Shown here: positions 17,883 through 29,785 of the stretch, in pieces | How the letters are laid out: each line of letters opens with the position of its first letter | How positions within the stretch are numbered: the first letter of the stretch is position 1 | Source: an uncultured Eubacteriales bacterium | Lineage (GTDB): Bacteria > Bacillota > Clostridia > UBA1212 > CASDQQ01 | Assembly: GCA_949282945.1 (NCBI GenBank) | Contig: CASDQQ010000095.1 | Location: forward strand, 1-42,944 | Direction of reading: 5' to 3' | Length of the DNA: 42,944 nt | The notes under the pieces: model-generated | What the model saw: the letters and a program-made list of their open reading frames with translations, nothing else | Told to the model about the DNA's origin: nothing | Database searches by the model: none | Made by a program: the position numbers and the translations under genes

Positions 17883-19685
17883 TTAGCGAATGTTTCTGTA
17901 TAAAGGCCCGTATGCCTTACACGCCCTAAAATCCTGTCCTTCTTTATCCATACCGAATGCATTCCAGGACGCCGGGCGGAATATTTTTTCTTCTGGTACA
18001 TTGTGCATACATACTGGTATCCTGAGCATGGAACACATGGTTATCAGATCAGCCCCTATATGACCGTAGCTTATGGCCCCATGGTTGGCTCCCCAGTTAT
18101 TCATTACATCATACGCGGTTTTAAATGCTCCTTTTCCTGTTATCCTCGGAGCAAACCATGTGCACGGCCATGTATAATCCGTACGTTTCCATAATATATC
18201 CGATACCTCATCGGGCAGATTTACCGTCCAACCCTCGGCAATCTGTAAAACGGGACCAAGACCTTTCACAAGATTAAGCCTTATCATTGTGCATGGCATT
18301 TCCTCTCTTGTCAAAAATCTTGAAGAATATCCTCCGCCTCTGAAATATCCGTAATCCGCCGGATTCCATGTTACCGCTTTTAATATATCTTTCTGATCCT
18401 TTTGGGTAACCTCATACCACGGCTTGATAATACCTTTTCCGTTTTCATCCTTAGCCTCTCCGCACGCGTCGAGACAGGCCGCGCCTGAATTGATCAGGTG
18501 TATAAACCCTCCGGCCTCTTTGGCTGCTCCCTTTATATCGTATCCGGAAGCTTTTTTTACCGCCTCTTCAGACCAATATGTACGCACGTCCGCAAAAATC
18601 TGTGCTCTGTTGGTGAGCAGCTTCATAAACAACATGCCAATACCATTTAAGACATCATTTTCGGTGGCGAGTATATACGGTTCTCTCGCTCCGTTCCAGT
18701 CAAAGGAGGTATTTAGCAATGCTTCCGGAAAATCGCAGTTAGGATAAAAATCTGTCCACTGTCTCTGTCCCTGAAAACCTGCCGCCAACGCATTATGCCC
18801 GACTTTTTCCTCTTCGCAGCCCTGTGGAAGATTTTCATTCCCATTCATTAAATCTTTTATGATACACATCATTTTTACTACAAATTCCCAGTCTTTTTCT
18901 TTTTCTTCGGCCGTCTTTTGGACCTGCCCGGGATTTTTGTCAAAGCCCTCCCGGCATTTTTCTCTTGTCCATTTTAATGCCTTCTCATATTCTTCTTTAT
19001 CGTATATTTCTTCGGACATACGTCTTATGATCTCAACTTCGTCCACAGATTCCACACGCATACCCAAATAGTCCTCTATAAATTCACTGTTTATTATAGA
19101 ACCTCCTATGCCCATGCATATAGAACCTATCTGCAAATAGGATTTTCCTCTCATAGTCGCCACGGCAACCGCAGCCCTGGCAAACTGAAGTATTTTTTCC
19201 TTCACATCTTCAGGTATCGACGTGTCTTCGGCTTCCTGTACATCATGTCCATAAATGCCAAAGGCCGGAAGCCCCTTTTGCGCATGAGTAGCAAGCACGG
19301 ACGCCAGGTATACGGCTCCCGGCCTTTCAGTACCATTAAACCCCCAGACGCCTTTAATGGTGAGGGGATCCATGTCCATTGTTTCAGCCCCGTAGCACCA
19401 ACATGGCGTTACGGTAAGAGTAATATCTACTCCCGCTCTTTTAAATTTATCAGCGCAGGCCGCAGCCTCCGCGACCCTTCCTATAGTAGTATCGGCAATT
19501 ATTACGTTCACAGGTTCGCCGTTTGAATATCTTATATTTTCTCTAATAAGCTTTGCCGCTGATCTGGCCATATTTATGGTTTGCTCTTCCAGAGAACCTC
19601 TGACGTTAATATAACCTCTCCTGCCGTCAATTACAGGTCTGATCCCGATAACCGGATATTCTCCTATCAATCTGTTTTCAGCCAT
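17883..19685 (-). CDS. fucI: L-fucose / D-arabinose isomerase
   Basis: [52 protein letters not shown]; start set at MAENRL after GGAGG. Confidence 0.95.
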   Translation of the reverse strand: MAENRLIGEYPVIGIRPVIDGRRGYINVRGSLEEQTINMARSAAKLIRENIRYSNGEPVNVIIADTTIGRVAEAAACADKFKRAGVDITLTVTPCWCYGAETMDMDPLTIKGVWGFNGTERPGAVYLASVLATHAQKGLPAFGIYGHDVQEAEDTSIPEDVKEKILQFARAAVAVATMRGKSYLQIGSICMGIGGSIINSEFIEDYLGMRVESVDEVEIIRRMSEEIYDKEEYEKALKWTREKCREGFDKNPGQVQKTAEEKEKDWEFVVKMMCIIKDLMNGNENLPQGCEEEKVGHNALAAGFQGQRQWTDFYPNCDFPEALLNTSFDWNGAREPYILATENDVLNGIGMLFMKLLTNRAQIFADVRTYWSEEAVKKASGYDIKGAAKEAGGFIHLINSGAACLDACGEAKDENGKGIIKPWYEVTQKDQKDILKAVTWNPADYGYFRGGGYSSRFLTREEMPCTMIRLNLVKGLGPVLQIAEGWTVNLPDEVSDILWKRTDYTWPCTWFAPRITGKGAFKTAYDVMNNWGANHGAISYGHIGADLITMCSMLRIPVCMHNVPEEKIFRPASWNAFGMDKEGQDFRACKAYGPLYRNIR

Positions 19686-19832
19686 TTCCGCCTCCATATA
19701 CACAATTAAAATTTTATTGAGATAAAATCACATCATATTTGTATTATATACGCTTATTTAATTGTTTACTTGTGTTATAATCATAACAAATAGTAAAATA
19801 TTCACTTTTTAATATCTATTTGAGGAGGATTT

Positions 19833-20708
19833 ATGCGCTATATAGAATACCATGAACAGAGAAAACACGGTACAGCCGACTTTCCTTTTGCCTTTTATAA
19901 AATAGACCCTGCTCACCACAGATATATAATGACATACCACTGGCATAAAGAGACGGAGATAATACGCGTTCTTTCCGGATGTTTCTCACTTACACTGAAT
20001 AATTCGGAATATATGATAAATTCCGGAGAAGCTATGATAATTCCGGGAGGCGCTCTTCATGGCGGCGTCCCTGTGGACTGTAACTATGAATGTATCGTAT
20101 TTGATCTGGAGTCTGTATTGAGCGACAGCCGCATAGGGAAGAGATTTCTCTATTCATCTTACGGAGAAGATATAGATCTTAAGAATCATTTTACATCAAG
20201 CTTTAAAGATATACAGTTAACTATAAACGCTATGTTTGACGATATAGCCGCTGAGAAAAACGGATATAAATTTTTGATATACGGACATGTTTTTTCACTT
20301 ATAGGAAAAATCCTTCAATATGATTGTTTTGAACATAAAGAACCGGTTTCTTCAACAATAAAAAAGAGAACCTCGCAATATAAAACAATTATAAATTTTA
20401 TAGAAAACAATTATAAAAATAATATCAGTTTAAAGGATCTGTCAGATTCCGTACATATGAACAGCAGATATTTTTGCCGCTTTTTCAAAGAACTGACTCA
20501 CCAAACTCCCATTGAATATCTAAATTCCTACCGCATAGAAACAGCCTGCGAACTGCTTTCATATACGGGGAAAAATGTCACTGACGTCGCGTTTGAATGC
20601 GGTTTTAACGACATCAGCTATTTTATAAAAGTTTTTAAAAAATTTAAGGGAATGACTCCGATACAATACAGTAAGAAAAAAAACAATCTTAAAATTCAGG
20701 AGCCCTGA
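19833..20708 (+). CDS. AraC family transcriptional regulator divergent from fucI
   Basis: HWHKETE cupin; YFCRFFK...CGFNDISYFIKVFKK. Confidence 0.92.
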   Translation: MRYIEYHEQRKHGTADFPFAFYKIDPAHHRYIMTYHWHKETEIIRVLSGCFSLTLNNSEYMINSGEAMIIPGGALHGGVPVDCNYECIVFDLESVLSDSRIGKRFLYSSYGEDIDLKNHFTSSFKDIQLTINAMFDDIAAEKNGYKFLIYGHVFSLIGKILQYDCFEHKEPVSSTIKKRTSQYKTIINFIENNYKNNISLKDLSDSVHMNSRYFCRFFKELTHQTPIEYLNSYRIETACELLSYTGKNVTDVAFECGFNDISYFIKVFKKFKGMTPIQYSKKKNNLKIQEP

Positions 20709-20728
20709 TACTACAGGGCTCCTGGAAA
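20695..20728 (+). terminator. Terminator hairpin
   Basis: CAGGAGCCCTG-ATACTA-CAGGGCTCCTG. Confidence 0.7.
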
Positions 20729-20834
20729 AGATATTACAATTCCATTAAAACGCGCCGCGCCAATTTTTGCCCGGATCGGCATGCATATTGTGGGCGTCAC
20801 AATCCGCTGCTCGCCAACCAGGACTGTGCTAAAG

Positions 20835-22433
20835 CTAAAGTTGTGGACATGAATCTATTTTAGAAAAAAGAATTGATATGTCGGGCGGGATCTGTTTAAT
20901 AACAACTTTTTGCTCTTTCCATTGAAGTGTGATGTTGAGCCATTCTGCTACTTTTGCAGATGAGAAAGGCAGGAATGGGTGCAACAGATTTGCGATATTT
21001 GCGATCAGGTAAGCACAATTGCCGATAGTATTTCTGCATTCTTCTGGATTTTCGATTCTTGTTTTCCAGGGTTGTTTGGAATCATAATACGTGTTGCCAA
21101 AGCGAACAGTTTCAAATATTTCTTCGAGAGCATCACGGAATGAACCCTTTTCTATTTTTGCACCCACAGATCCGTACAGCAGTTGCACTCGCTCTTTGAT
21201 ATACGTCTCAACAGTGACAGGAAGAATTTCACAATCAAGATACTTTAAAGTAAAAACAAGGGTACGGTTGACAAAATTCCCCCATGCACCTACAAGTTCT
21301 GAGTTGTTCTGCTTCTTGAACTCTCTAAAAGAGAAATCTGTGTCTCTTTTTTCCGGACCGTTTGCAATGAAAAAATATCTTATTGAATCCGGATCATATT
21401 CTTCAACGAGATCTTTAGCCCAAACCGCCCAATTTTGACTTGTAGATATTTTTCTTCCTTCAAGCGTTATATACTCGCTAGAGATAATTTCATCGGGAAG
21501 ATGAAAGCCTGCTCCGTAAGCAAGTAAAAGAGAAGGAAGAATGATTGTGTGGAAAGGTATATTATCTTTGCCATGTACATAATAATGGCGGCTTTCGTTT
21601 CCGTATACATCTTTAAAGTTGACACCTCTTTCTTTGCATAAGATTGATGTCGCGGATAAATAACCTAATACATTTTCTGCCCAAATATAGATTTTCTTAT
21701 CTTCATAACCGGGTTTGGGAACATCAATACCCCAATCGAGATCGCGTGTTATTGCACGATCCCGAAGTCCTTCATCTATATAGCGTTTTGTGAACGAAAT
21801 GGCATTCTTACGCCAATAAGGATGTGCAGCAAGAAAATTGCTCAACTCCTGTTTTAGTTTTGATATTTGCAGAAATAGCTGTGTCGTCTCTCCAAAGGAT
21901 AAATGCGAGCCACAGTCCGCGCACCTAGCTTCCGCAATGATATCTGTATCCAACACCTCCCCACAGGCATCGCACTGATCTCCACGTGTTGTGGCTCCGC
22001 AAGCAGGACAGATGCCAACTATCAATCTGTCTGTTATAACCCTTTTACAAGAAGGACAGTAGGCTTGCTTCACTACTCTTTCTTTAATATAGTCACTGCT
22101 ATACAGACGCTTATGAAATTCAGTAACAAATTCCTTGTGCCTTGGATCGGATGTCTTAGTATAAAGATCATATGAAAATCCGAGTTTTTTGAATACTTCA
22201 CAAAATTCTCTGTGATAATGCTCGCTGACCATCTCCGGAGTTGAGTTTTCTTGCTTTGCCCGAATAGTAATAGGTGTGCCGTGACAATCACTGCCGGATA
22301 CATAAAATACACGGCTTCCTTTTGCTCTAAAATAACGGGCCAGAATATCTCCCGGAAGAAGGGCTGCAATATGCCCTATGTGGAGAGAACCATTTGCATA
22401 TGGCCATGCTCCTCCTACAACAATATTGTCCAT
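20835..22433 (-). CDS. metG: Methionine--tRNA ligase, short MetRS2-type form
   Basis: PYANGSLHIGH, GSDCHG, four CxxC pairs, ITRDLDWG, GKDNIPFH, KISTS (KMSKS variant); no C-terminal dimerisation domain. Confidence 0.93.
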   Translation of the reverse strand: MDNIVVGGAWPYANGSLHIGHIAALLPGDILARYFRAKGSRVFYVSGSDCHGTPITIRAKQENSTPEMVSEHYHREFCEVFKKLGFSYDLYTKTSDPRHKEFVTEFHKRLYSSDYIKERVVKQAYCPSCKRVITDRLIVGICPACGATTRGDQCDACGEVLDTDIIAEARCADCGSHLSFGETTQLFLQISKLKQELSNFLAAHPYWRKNAISFTKRYIDEGLRDRAITRDLDWGIDVPKPGYEDKKIYIWAENVLGYLSATSILCKERGVNFKDVYGNESRHYYVHGKDNIPFHTIILPSLLLAYGAGFHLPDEIISSEYITLEGRKISTSQNWAVWAKDLVEEYDPDSIRYFFIANGPEKRDTDFSFREFKKQNNSELVGAWGNFVNRTLVFTLKYLDCEILPVTVETYIKERVQLLYGSVGAKIEKGSFRDALEEIFETVRFGNTYYDSKQPWKTRIENPEECRNTIGNCAYLIANIANLLHPFLPFSSAKVAEWLNITLQWKEQKVVIKQIPPDISILFSKIDSCPQL

Positions 22434-22489
22434 AATTCATACCTCATTTCTTATAGTTGATAACACTTGGTTCGCTTTTATAACAATCT

Positions 22490-22795
22490 GAAAAAAAACG
22501 CTCTCACCCCCATACATAAGCAGTACAAGGGGCGAGAGCGATATACTCACGCGTTACCACCCTAATTCGCTTGCTTCTCACGATAACAAGCCTTATCAAG
22601 TTCGGATAGGAAATGATCTATCGAAACTCTATCGCTGTTACGGGCGATCCCGGCATAGCCTAACCCAAAGACTCGGTATGCAGCTCGGAGATCATGTTCA
22701 GCAAAGTCCGCTTTACCCATTCACAGCGCATCTGAAGATGATAGGATTCTCTGAAAAGTTTCAGTTGCTTACTCTTTCTCGTCATTGCTGTTATT
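22490..22795 (-). promoter_or_regulatory. T-box riboswitch (Met specifier) upstream of metG
   Basis: Minus strand: AGAGA/GCTGTGAA stem I motifs, GAAC-ATG-ATC specifier (22693-22695), AATTAGGGTGGTAACGC T-box (22551-22567), terminator at 22491-22540. Confidence 0.88.
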
Positions 22796-22798
22796 ATG

Positions 22799-22827
22799 AT
22801 GATAGCATAAGTAACAAGGGTATGCAA
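22799..22827 (-). promoter_or_regulatory. Putative sigmaA promoter of the T-box/metG transcript
   Basis: TTGCAT-N17-TATCAT. Confidence 0.6.
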
Positions 22828-23245
22828 TATTTTAAAAAGTCATTGACAAAGTTGAAAGAAAGTTCTTCCTTACGAAGTATTTCCATTGGAAAGGCCTCTT
22901 TTTCTATCTCTCTTTTTAATTAGCATATACCGTTAATCCTATTCTACATAGTGAGGCAAACGATAGCGGGAATAAAGATAATTTTTACAAAACACGCTGT
23001 AGCACATCAGAACAATTCAGATTTTGATACTAGAACAAAGCACCCATACGCAGTTCTTGCCTGTAACTACACAGACCGACAAGCAAGTAAGTCCTAATGG
23101 ACCCAATTTGTCCAAGTTAGTTTTCTTCTTGTGCACTAAATCGTTTGCCAGTACCGCCGAAACGCATATTTTATCGTTGTTTTGATTTTGATATATTTTG
23201 AAAATTTTAAAAATTATGGTCTATACAATTATGGTTCAAATATAT

Positions 23246-23455
23246 TCACAGTTTGTCCCAGACCTCACTCGCACTTTTAGCTATTTTTCACGCTTATGTC
23301 TGGGACAAAACGCCTCCGGCTGTATCAGGACTCCCTTACTCCACTCTGGTTGCAATCGCTTTTCCCTGCTTTTTTCTTCCTGCCCTCACAGTTTGTCCCA
23401 GACCACACTCGCGCTTTTAGCTATTTTCCATACTTGGGTCTGGGACAAAACGCCT
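23246..23455. repeat. Two 70-bp direct repeats at a 140-bp period, each with internal inverted ends TTTGTCCCAGAC...GTCTGGGACAAA
   Basis: Copies at 23246-23315 and 23386-23455 with a 70-bp unrelated spacer. Confidence 0.85.
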
Positions 23456-23562
23456 TCTCGCAAGTCTACTATCACTTTTGATAACATCGGTTAGCTATTG
23501 AGGTACTTCATCAGTTTTCTCCTTCTGAATTTTATAAAATTATATTATATAATCATATAAAC

Positions 23563-23600
23563 AAAAAGAAATCGACTATCTTTCAATAGCCGACTTCTTT
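23563..23600 (-). terminator. Terminator-like hairpin downstream of the tRNA remnant
   Basis: AAAGAAATCGACTAT / ATAGCCGACTTCTTT with an A-tract. Confidence 0.6.
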
Positions 23601-23611
23601 CAACAGTTCAC

Positions 23612-23655
23612 TGGTCTGGGTGAGAGGGTTCAAACCTCTAACCTTTTGAGTCCTA
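23612..23655 (-). pseudogene. Degenerate tRNA-Pro 3' half (possible att remnant)
   Basis: Minus strand GGACTCAAAAGGTTAGAGGTTTGAACCCTCTCACCCAGACCA: T-arm with a mutated TTCGAA, acceptor strand and ACCA end; no 5' half. Confidence 0.6.
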
Positions 23656-25266
<1,611 letters not shown>

Positions 25267-25382
25267 CTATATCAAACTCCTTTATTTTTTAGATAAGAAT
25301 TTTATCAATTCAAACCAATATAACGAAGCAATTTAAAGTGCTTCAATTCAATATATTCAAAAAATTACTGATTAGTGAATGT

Positions 25383-26462
25383 CTATTTATGATTACTTTT
25401 ATTTTTAAAATATTCCAGATTTTTTAAATAGGCTTCCGACTTCGGATTATACTGTCCGGCAATCAAATTATATTTTTCCGCTTCTTCCGTATCTCCTATA
25501 CGATCATAACACACACAAAGCTGAATCGCCGGAATATATCCATAGCACTCGCTCATGACAAAAGCTCCGGACAGATCGTTTCTTTCAGCCGCTAAAGCCT
25601 CTTTATACCAGAAAACAGCAATTTTATAAAACTCTCTTTCAAAGAAGTGCTTACCTATATCACAGCATACCTCGGCTCTCGGCAAATCATATTTAAAAGA
25701 TCGTAAAAGACTTTCCAAAGCTTTATCCGGTTCGCCCAAAGAATAAAAACAATAAGCAAGAAAACGGCAGGCTTCAATATTATTTTCTATCCAACCCATA
25801 CCTATATCTAAAAAGCAATTGAAAATGTCTACGGCCTTTTTGAACTGTTCGTGATAAAAAAGCTCTCTTGCATAATAAAACATATCTCTGGGAGAAAACT
25901 CCTCGCCGTCTTTCAATTGTCTCTCATATATTTTGAGATTGCGATCTCCATATCCACTTTTCACCTTTTTATGAGAAACCGCCGCATCGGAATAAAATAT
26001 TTTCCCCGACGGAGCAATAGCCTCATGGACCCTTCCCCTCCACAAAAACATACCGTTATTTTTCAATATCCTCTCACGATAATATGAAAAAACCGGATTT
26101 CCAGATTCATCAAAAGCCGTATTATATTTCATCATAACGACGTCTACATCGTTTTCCATAGAATTTTTGAGAGAAATCAGCCTTTTTAAATCCTCATCTG
26201 TAAAAATATCATCTGCGTCAAGCCACATACAATATTCCATAGAGGCTTTTGAGAAAGAATAATTTCTGGCGGCCGAAAAATCATCAATCCATGTAAAGTC
26301 GTATATTTTGTCCGTATATTTTTTCGCCTCTTCCTTTGTATTATCTGAACTGCCGGTATCGACTACGATAATTTCGTCAACGGCAGGCTTTACGCTCTCC
26401 AGACAGCGGCCTATCACATCTTCTTCATTTTTTACGATCATACACAAACTTATAGTAATCAA
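25383..26462 (-). CDS. Glycosyltransferase family 2 with TPR (SgtA-like; probable collagen glycosylation)
   Basis: ISLCMIVKNEE, VVDTGSSD, DDFSAARN, WLDADD, VHE; TPR-like C-terminus. Confidence 0.9.
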   Translation of the reverse strand: MITISLCMIVKNEEDVIGRCLESVKPAVDEIIVVDTGSSDNTKEEAKKYTDKIYDFTWIDDFSAARNYSFSKASMEYCMWLDADDIFTDEDLKRLISLKNSMENDVDVVMMKYNTAFDESGNPVFSYYRERILKNNGMFLWRGRVHEAIAPSGKIFYSDAAVSHKKVKSGYGDRNLKIYERQLKDGEEFSPRDMFYYARELFYHEQFKKAVDIFNCFLDIGMGWIENNIEACRFLAYCFYSLGEPDKALESLLRSFKYDLPRAEVCCDIGKHFFEREFYKIAVFWYKEALAAERNDLSGAFVMSECYGYIPAIQLCVCYDRIGDTEEAEKYNLIAGQYNPKSEAYLKNLEYFKNKSNHK

Positions 26463-26535
26463 AACAGATTCTCCGAAAAAACAGTCCCGTAAAACAGTAT
26501 ATTTTTTCAGGCAGAAATGTGTGACGCCGGTTTTG

Positions 26536-26562
26536 TTAGCATTCTCTTTAGTTGAGTGCTAA
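26536..26562 (+). promoter_or_regulatory. CIRCE element (HrcA operator)
   Basis: TTAGCATTC-N9-GAGTGCTAA, one mismatch to consensus. Confidence 0.85.
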
Positions 26563-26685
26563 AATTAACAATTTTGACATATCTTATATTATGTTTTGAA
26601 ACAAATGAGTATTAATATAAAGTTGTTGGAAAAAATAAGTTCCAACAGTAACAAATTAGGTAAATAAATTTAGGAGGTAAATATT

Positions 26686-27120
26686 ATGTTTGAACTTACA
26701 AATTGGAAAAACAGAAATAACAATACTTTATTTAATCCGTTTCAGGAGTGGGAAAATTTTGAAAGAGATTTCTTCAAAAATAATTCTCTGTCAGAATTTA
26801 AGACCGACATAAGGGACAATGGTAAAGAGTACACGATCGAGGCAGATCTTCCCGGATTCAAAAAGGAAGACATAAAGGTTGACGTAGACGGAAACTATCT
26901 TACGATCAGCGCTGAGCGCCATACTGAAAATGAGCATAAGGATGAAAAGGGAAACTTCATAAAACGTGAAAGATCTTACGGTTCTTTTAGCAGAAGTTTT
27001 GATATTTCTTCAGTAAAATCAGATTCGATAAGCGCTGAATATAAAGACGGAGTTCTTAAACTTGTCCTTCCTAAGAAGGAATCTACTGTTCCCTCATCAA
27101 GGAGACTAGAAATAAAATAA
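26686..27120 (+). CDS. Small heat shock protein Hsp20 / alpha-crystallin
   Basis: ADLPGFKKEDI, RERSYGSFSRSF, AEYKDGVLKL; RBS AGGAGG. Confidence 0.93.
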   Translation: MFELTNWKNRNNNTLFNPFQEWENFERDFFKNNSLSEFKTDIRDNGKEYTIEADLPGFKKEDIKVDVDGNYLTISAERHTENEHKDEKGNFIKRERSYGSFSRSFDISSVKSDSISAEYKDGVLKLVLPKKESTVPSSRRLEIK

Positions 27121-27132
27121 ACTACATCTCAT

Positions 27133-27178
27133 AAATGAAAGCCGCCTGTTTTTTATTACAGGCGGCTTTCATTTTTAT
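27133..27178. terminator. Bidirectional terminator
   Basis: AAATGAAAGCCGCCTG / CAGGCGGCTTTCATTT. Confidence 0.85.
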
Positions 27179-27265
27179 GAATTCAGTCTTTTTCAGTCTT
27201 TGATAATTTCTCTTCAACCATAACTTTTCCACTGTAAATATTTTCCATCAAAAGTAAACAGTTCT

Positions 27266-27892
27266 TTATAAACGAATAAATAATTTTACTACTTCAGGAA
27301 ATCCTATCGCAAACACCGCAACATACACCCCTGCCGCACATATAATCGCTATAAACATATATAATATTTTTTTATATTGTGTAGAGGCGATCATAAATAA
27401 ATATGCTCCCGATATGATAAACACGGCTATCAAAGCTCCCATCCCGTCTATCAGCACGTCGGCCGCCATAGCTCCGCGTCCTGTAAAAATCTGGTGTATT
27501 TCATCAGAAACAGCGTATATAACAGTCACAATATATGCGGCCGAAAGCTTTTTTATAAAATCCATTTTTTCATATTTATATTTTTCTTCAACATTTTTTA
27601 ACCGCCAATGATAAAATATACTCATATAGCACATAAGGCACAAAAATCCAAAGGACGCCATGTGAGCGGTTTTTCTTACCAATACCGTTACCAGATCCAA
27701 CTCTTCCACGCTTATATTTTCAGAGCCTCCGAAGAAAATATCCGATATAAGTTCGACTAAACCGCTGCTAGTTTCCCTGGATTCTTCTATGTTCTCCGAA
27801 GAAAAATAAAATATTAACGCCATTAAAGACAGCGTTAATATTAAAGATATATAAAATTTGAGTTTTATTTTTCGTGCAGATTTTATTTTCAT
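27266..27892 (-). CDS. VanZ family membrane protein
   Basis: IFYFSS, VRKTAH, YAVSDEIHQ, GR...DVLID. Confidence 0.85.
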   Translation of the reverse strand: MKIKSARKIKLKFYISLILTLSLMALIFYFSSENIEESRETSSGLVELISDIFFGGSENISVEELDLVTVLVRKTAHMASFGFLCLMCYMSIFYHWRLKNVEEKYKYEKMDFIKKLSAAYIVTVIYAVSDEIHQIFTGRGAMAADVLIDGMGALIAVFIISGAYLFMIASTQYKKILYMFIAIICAAGVYVAVFAIGFPEVVKLFIRL

Positions 27893-29637
27893 TAATTTTT
27901 ATTCTTATTTTTATTTCCTGTTTCCAGATATCTTTTTATTTTCTTTGTAGTAGTCTTTACAAACTCATTATCTCTTATGCTGAATCCCTTTATATGCTTA
28001 TAAAGAGGAAGCTTTGTGTTGGTCTCTTTAACAGCGTCGTTTATAACCTTGTCAACCTCATTTTCAGAGGGCTTTCTGTTTATCTTAAGCATTTCTTTTA
28101 TAGCGTCGAAGTTAGGAAATATCTGAGCTTTTACCACTGTTTCATTCTCAATATCCTCGCCCCATACCATACACTCCTCTATATAGGGACTTGAGCTGAG
28201 GAAATACTCCAGTTCCTCAGGATAAATATTTTTTCCGTTCTTGGTAACGATAACATTCTTTATACGTCCTGTAATTTTAAAGAAACCGTTCTTATCCACA
28301 ACTCCCAAATCACCTGAGTGGAACCATCCGTCTTTTAAAACCGCTTCCGTAGTATCCGGATCATTATAATATCCCATCATAACATTGGGGCCTTTTATTA
28401 TTATCTCTCCTACCCCGTTTTCATCAGGATTATCTATCTTTACATCTACGTCAGGTATAGGGAATCCTACTGAGTCGTCTTTATACGCCTTATCGTTATT
28501 TCCAACTGCCAACGGCGAACATTCAGTAAGTCCGTAGCCCTGTAAAACTTTAAATCCGAATTTTCTCAGATCCTTGCTTACCTCGGGTCTTATAGCCGCG
28601 GCGCCTGTTATTATAAGCCTTAGCTTTCCGCCTACATTATTATGTATTTCAGCAAATATCTTCCTTCTTACATCTATGCCAACCGCTTTAAGAGTTCCTG
28701 ATATACCCTTTCCCAAAGCCAGTTTAAACTTTCCGCCCCTTTTCTGAGAAGCCGCCTTTATGATCTTCTTATGAAGGTTTTCAAGAAGCAGCGGTACGGT
28801 AACCAAAACCGAGGGATGCATTTGGGCCATATTTTTACCTATATTCTTGAGACTGTCGTTATAAACTATACTGGATCCGGCAAATACCGCGCATAAAAAT
28901 CCAATAGTACACTCATATGTATGGTGGAGCGGAAGTACGGAAAATAGTCTGTCCTCTTCGGTTATCCTTACTGTAGTCAATATGGAATGAATATTGGAAC
29001 AAATATTTCTCTGGCATAGCATAACGCCCTTTGCCATACCTGTAGTTCCGGATGTAAAAAGCAAATTGGAAAGTATTTCCGGGTCGGGCTGCGCATTTAT
29101 ATAATCGTCGTTTCCTTTTTCAAGAAGTTCTTTTCCCATAGCCACACATTCTCTAAAAGAGAGTATATTGTCTGCATCTTCTTCCGCGTCCATATCTATG
29201 AGCAGGATATCTTTATTTTCTATACGGTCTCTGTTTTCTTCTACCATTTTTCTCAGCTTACCGGAAAATACAAGAACTTTAGACTCCGATACATTTAATA
29301 TATTTATCACGTCGTCCGGTGGAACATCCTTATCTATAGGTACTATAACGCTTCCTCCGCAAAGTACGGCAAGATAAGTCATACACCATTCTTTACGATT
29401 TTCTCCCATAACCGCTATCCTTTCGCCTTTGAAGCCGCGGCTGAAAAAATATGTTCCCAGATTATTTACAACATCATAAACTTCGTTATAGGTCGTAGGC
29501 TCAAAAACTTTGCTGCTTTTATTCTTATCAAAAAACAGCGCTCTTTCCCCATAAAGTCCAACGCTTCTTTTAAACAGTTGCTTAATTGTTTCCATTCTTT
29601 CAACTTCATAAATGTGATTATCAAAATTCTTTCCCAT
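27892..29637 (-). CDS. Long-chain fatty acid--CoA ligase (AMP-binding)
   Basis: FTSGTTG, LPLHHTYE, QGYGLTE, GWFHSGDLG, GRIKNVIV; start set at MGKNF after GGGAGG. Confidence 0.88.
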   Translation of the reverse strand: MGKNFDNHIYEVERMETIKQLFKRSVGLYGERALFFDKNKSSKVFEPTTYNEVYDVVNNLGTYFFSRGFKGERIAVMGENRKEWCMTYLAVLCGGSVIVPIDKDVPPDDVINILNVSESKVLVFSGKLRKMVEENRDRIENKDILLIDMDAEEDADNILSFRECVAMGKELLEKGNDDYINAQPDPEILSNLLFTSGTTGMAKGVMLCQRNICSNIHSILTTVRITEEDRLFSVLPLHHTYECTIGFLCAVFAGSSIVYNDSLKNIGKNMAQMHPSVLVTVPLLLENLHKKIIKAASQKRGGKFKLALGKGISGTLKAVGIDVRRKIFAEIHNNVGGKLRLIITGAAAIRPEVSKDLRKFGFKVLQGYGLTECSPLAVGNNDKAYKDDSVGFPIPDVDVKIDNPDENGVGEIIIKGPNVMMGYYNDPDTTEAVLKDGWFHSGDLGVVDKNGFFKITGRIKNVIVTKNGKNIYPEELEYFLSSSPYIEECMVWGEDIENETVVKAQIFPNFDAIKEMLKINRKPSENEVDKVINDAVKETNTKLPLYKHIKGFSIRDNEFVKTTTKKIKRYLETGNKNKNKN

Positions 29638-29674
29638 TGTAACCTCCCGACGCAAACGAAAATATATATGTATA

Positions 29675-29703
29675 ATTATACACTCAATTCAGCGTTTTAT
29701 CAA
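29675..29703 (-). promoter_or_regulatory. Putative sigmaA promoter for the acyl-CoA ligase
   Basis: TTGATA-N17-TATAAT. Confidence 0.65.
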
Positions 29704-29785
29704 TTATTTATCTGAATAAAATTTGAATATAGCCCATAAAATTGGTAACATGTTAATATTTTGTTTTTTTGAAAGGATCAGAGCA

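Noticed and set aside
22678-22923. 81-aa plus-strand ORF
   Set aside because: Antisense to the T-box leader and its promoter
23198-23494. 98-aa and 61-aa ORFs over the palindromic repeats; also a CRISPR interpretation
   Set aside because: No convincing RBS and the translations only mirror the DNA repeat; two 70-bp units are too long and too few for a CRISPR array
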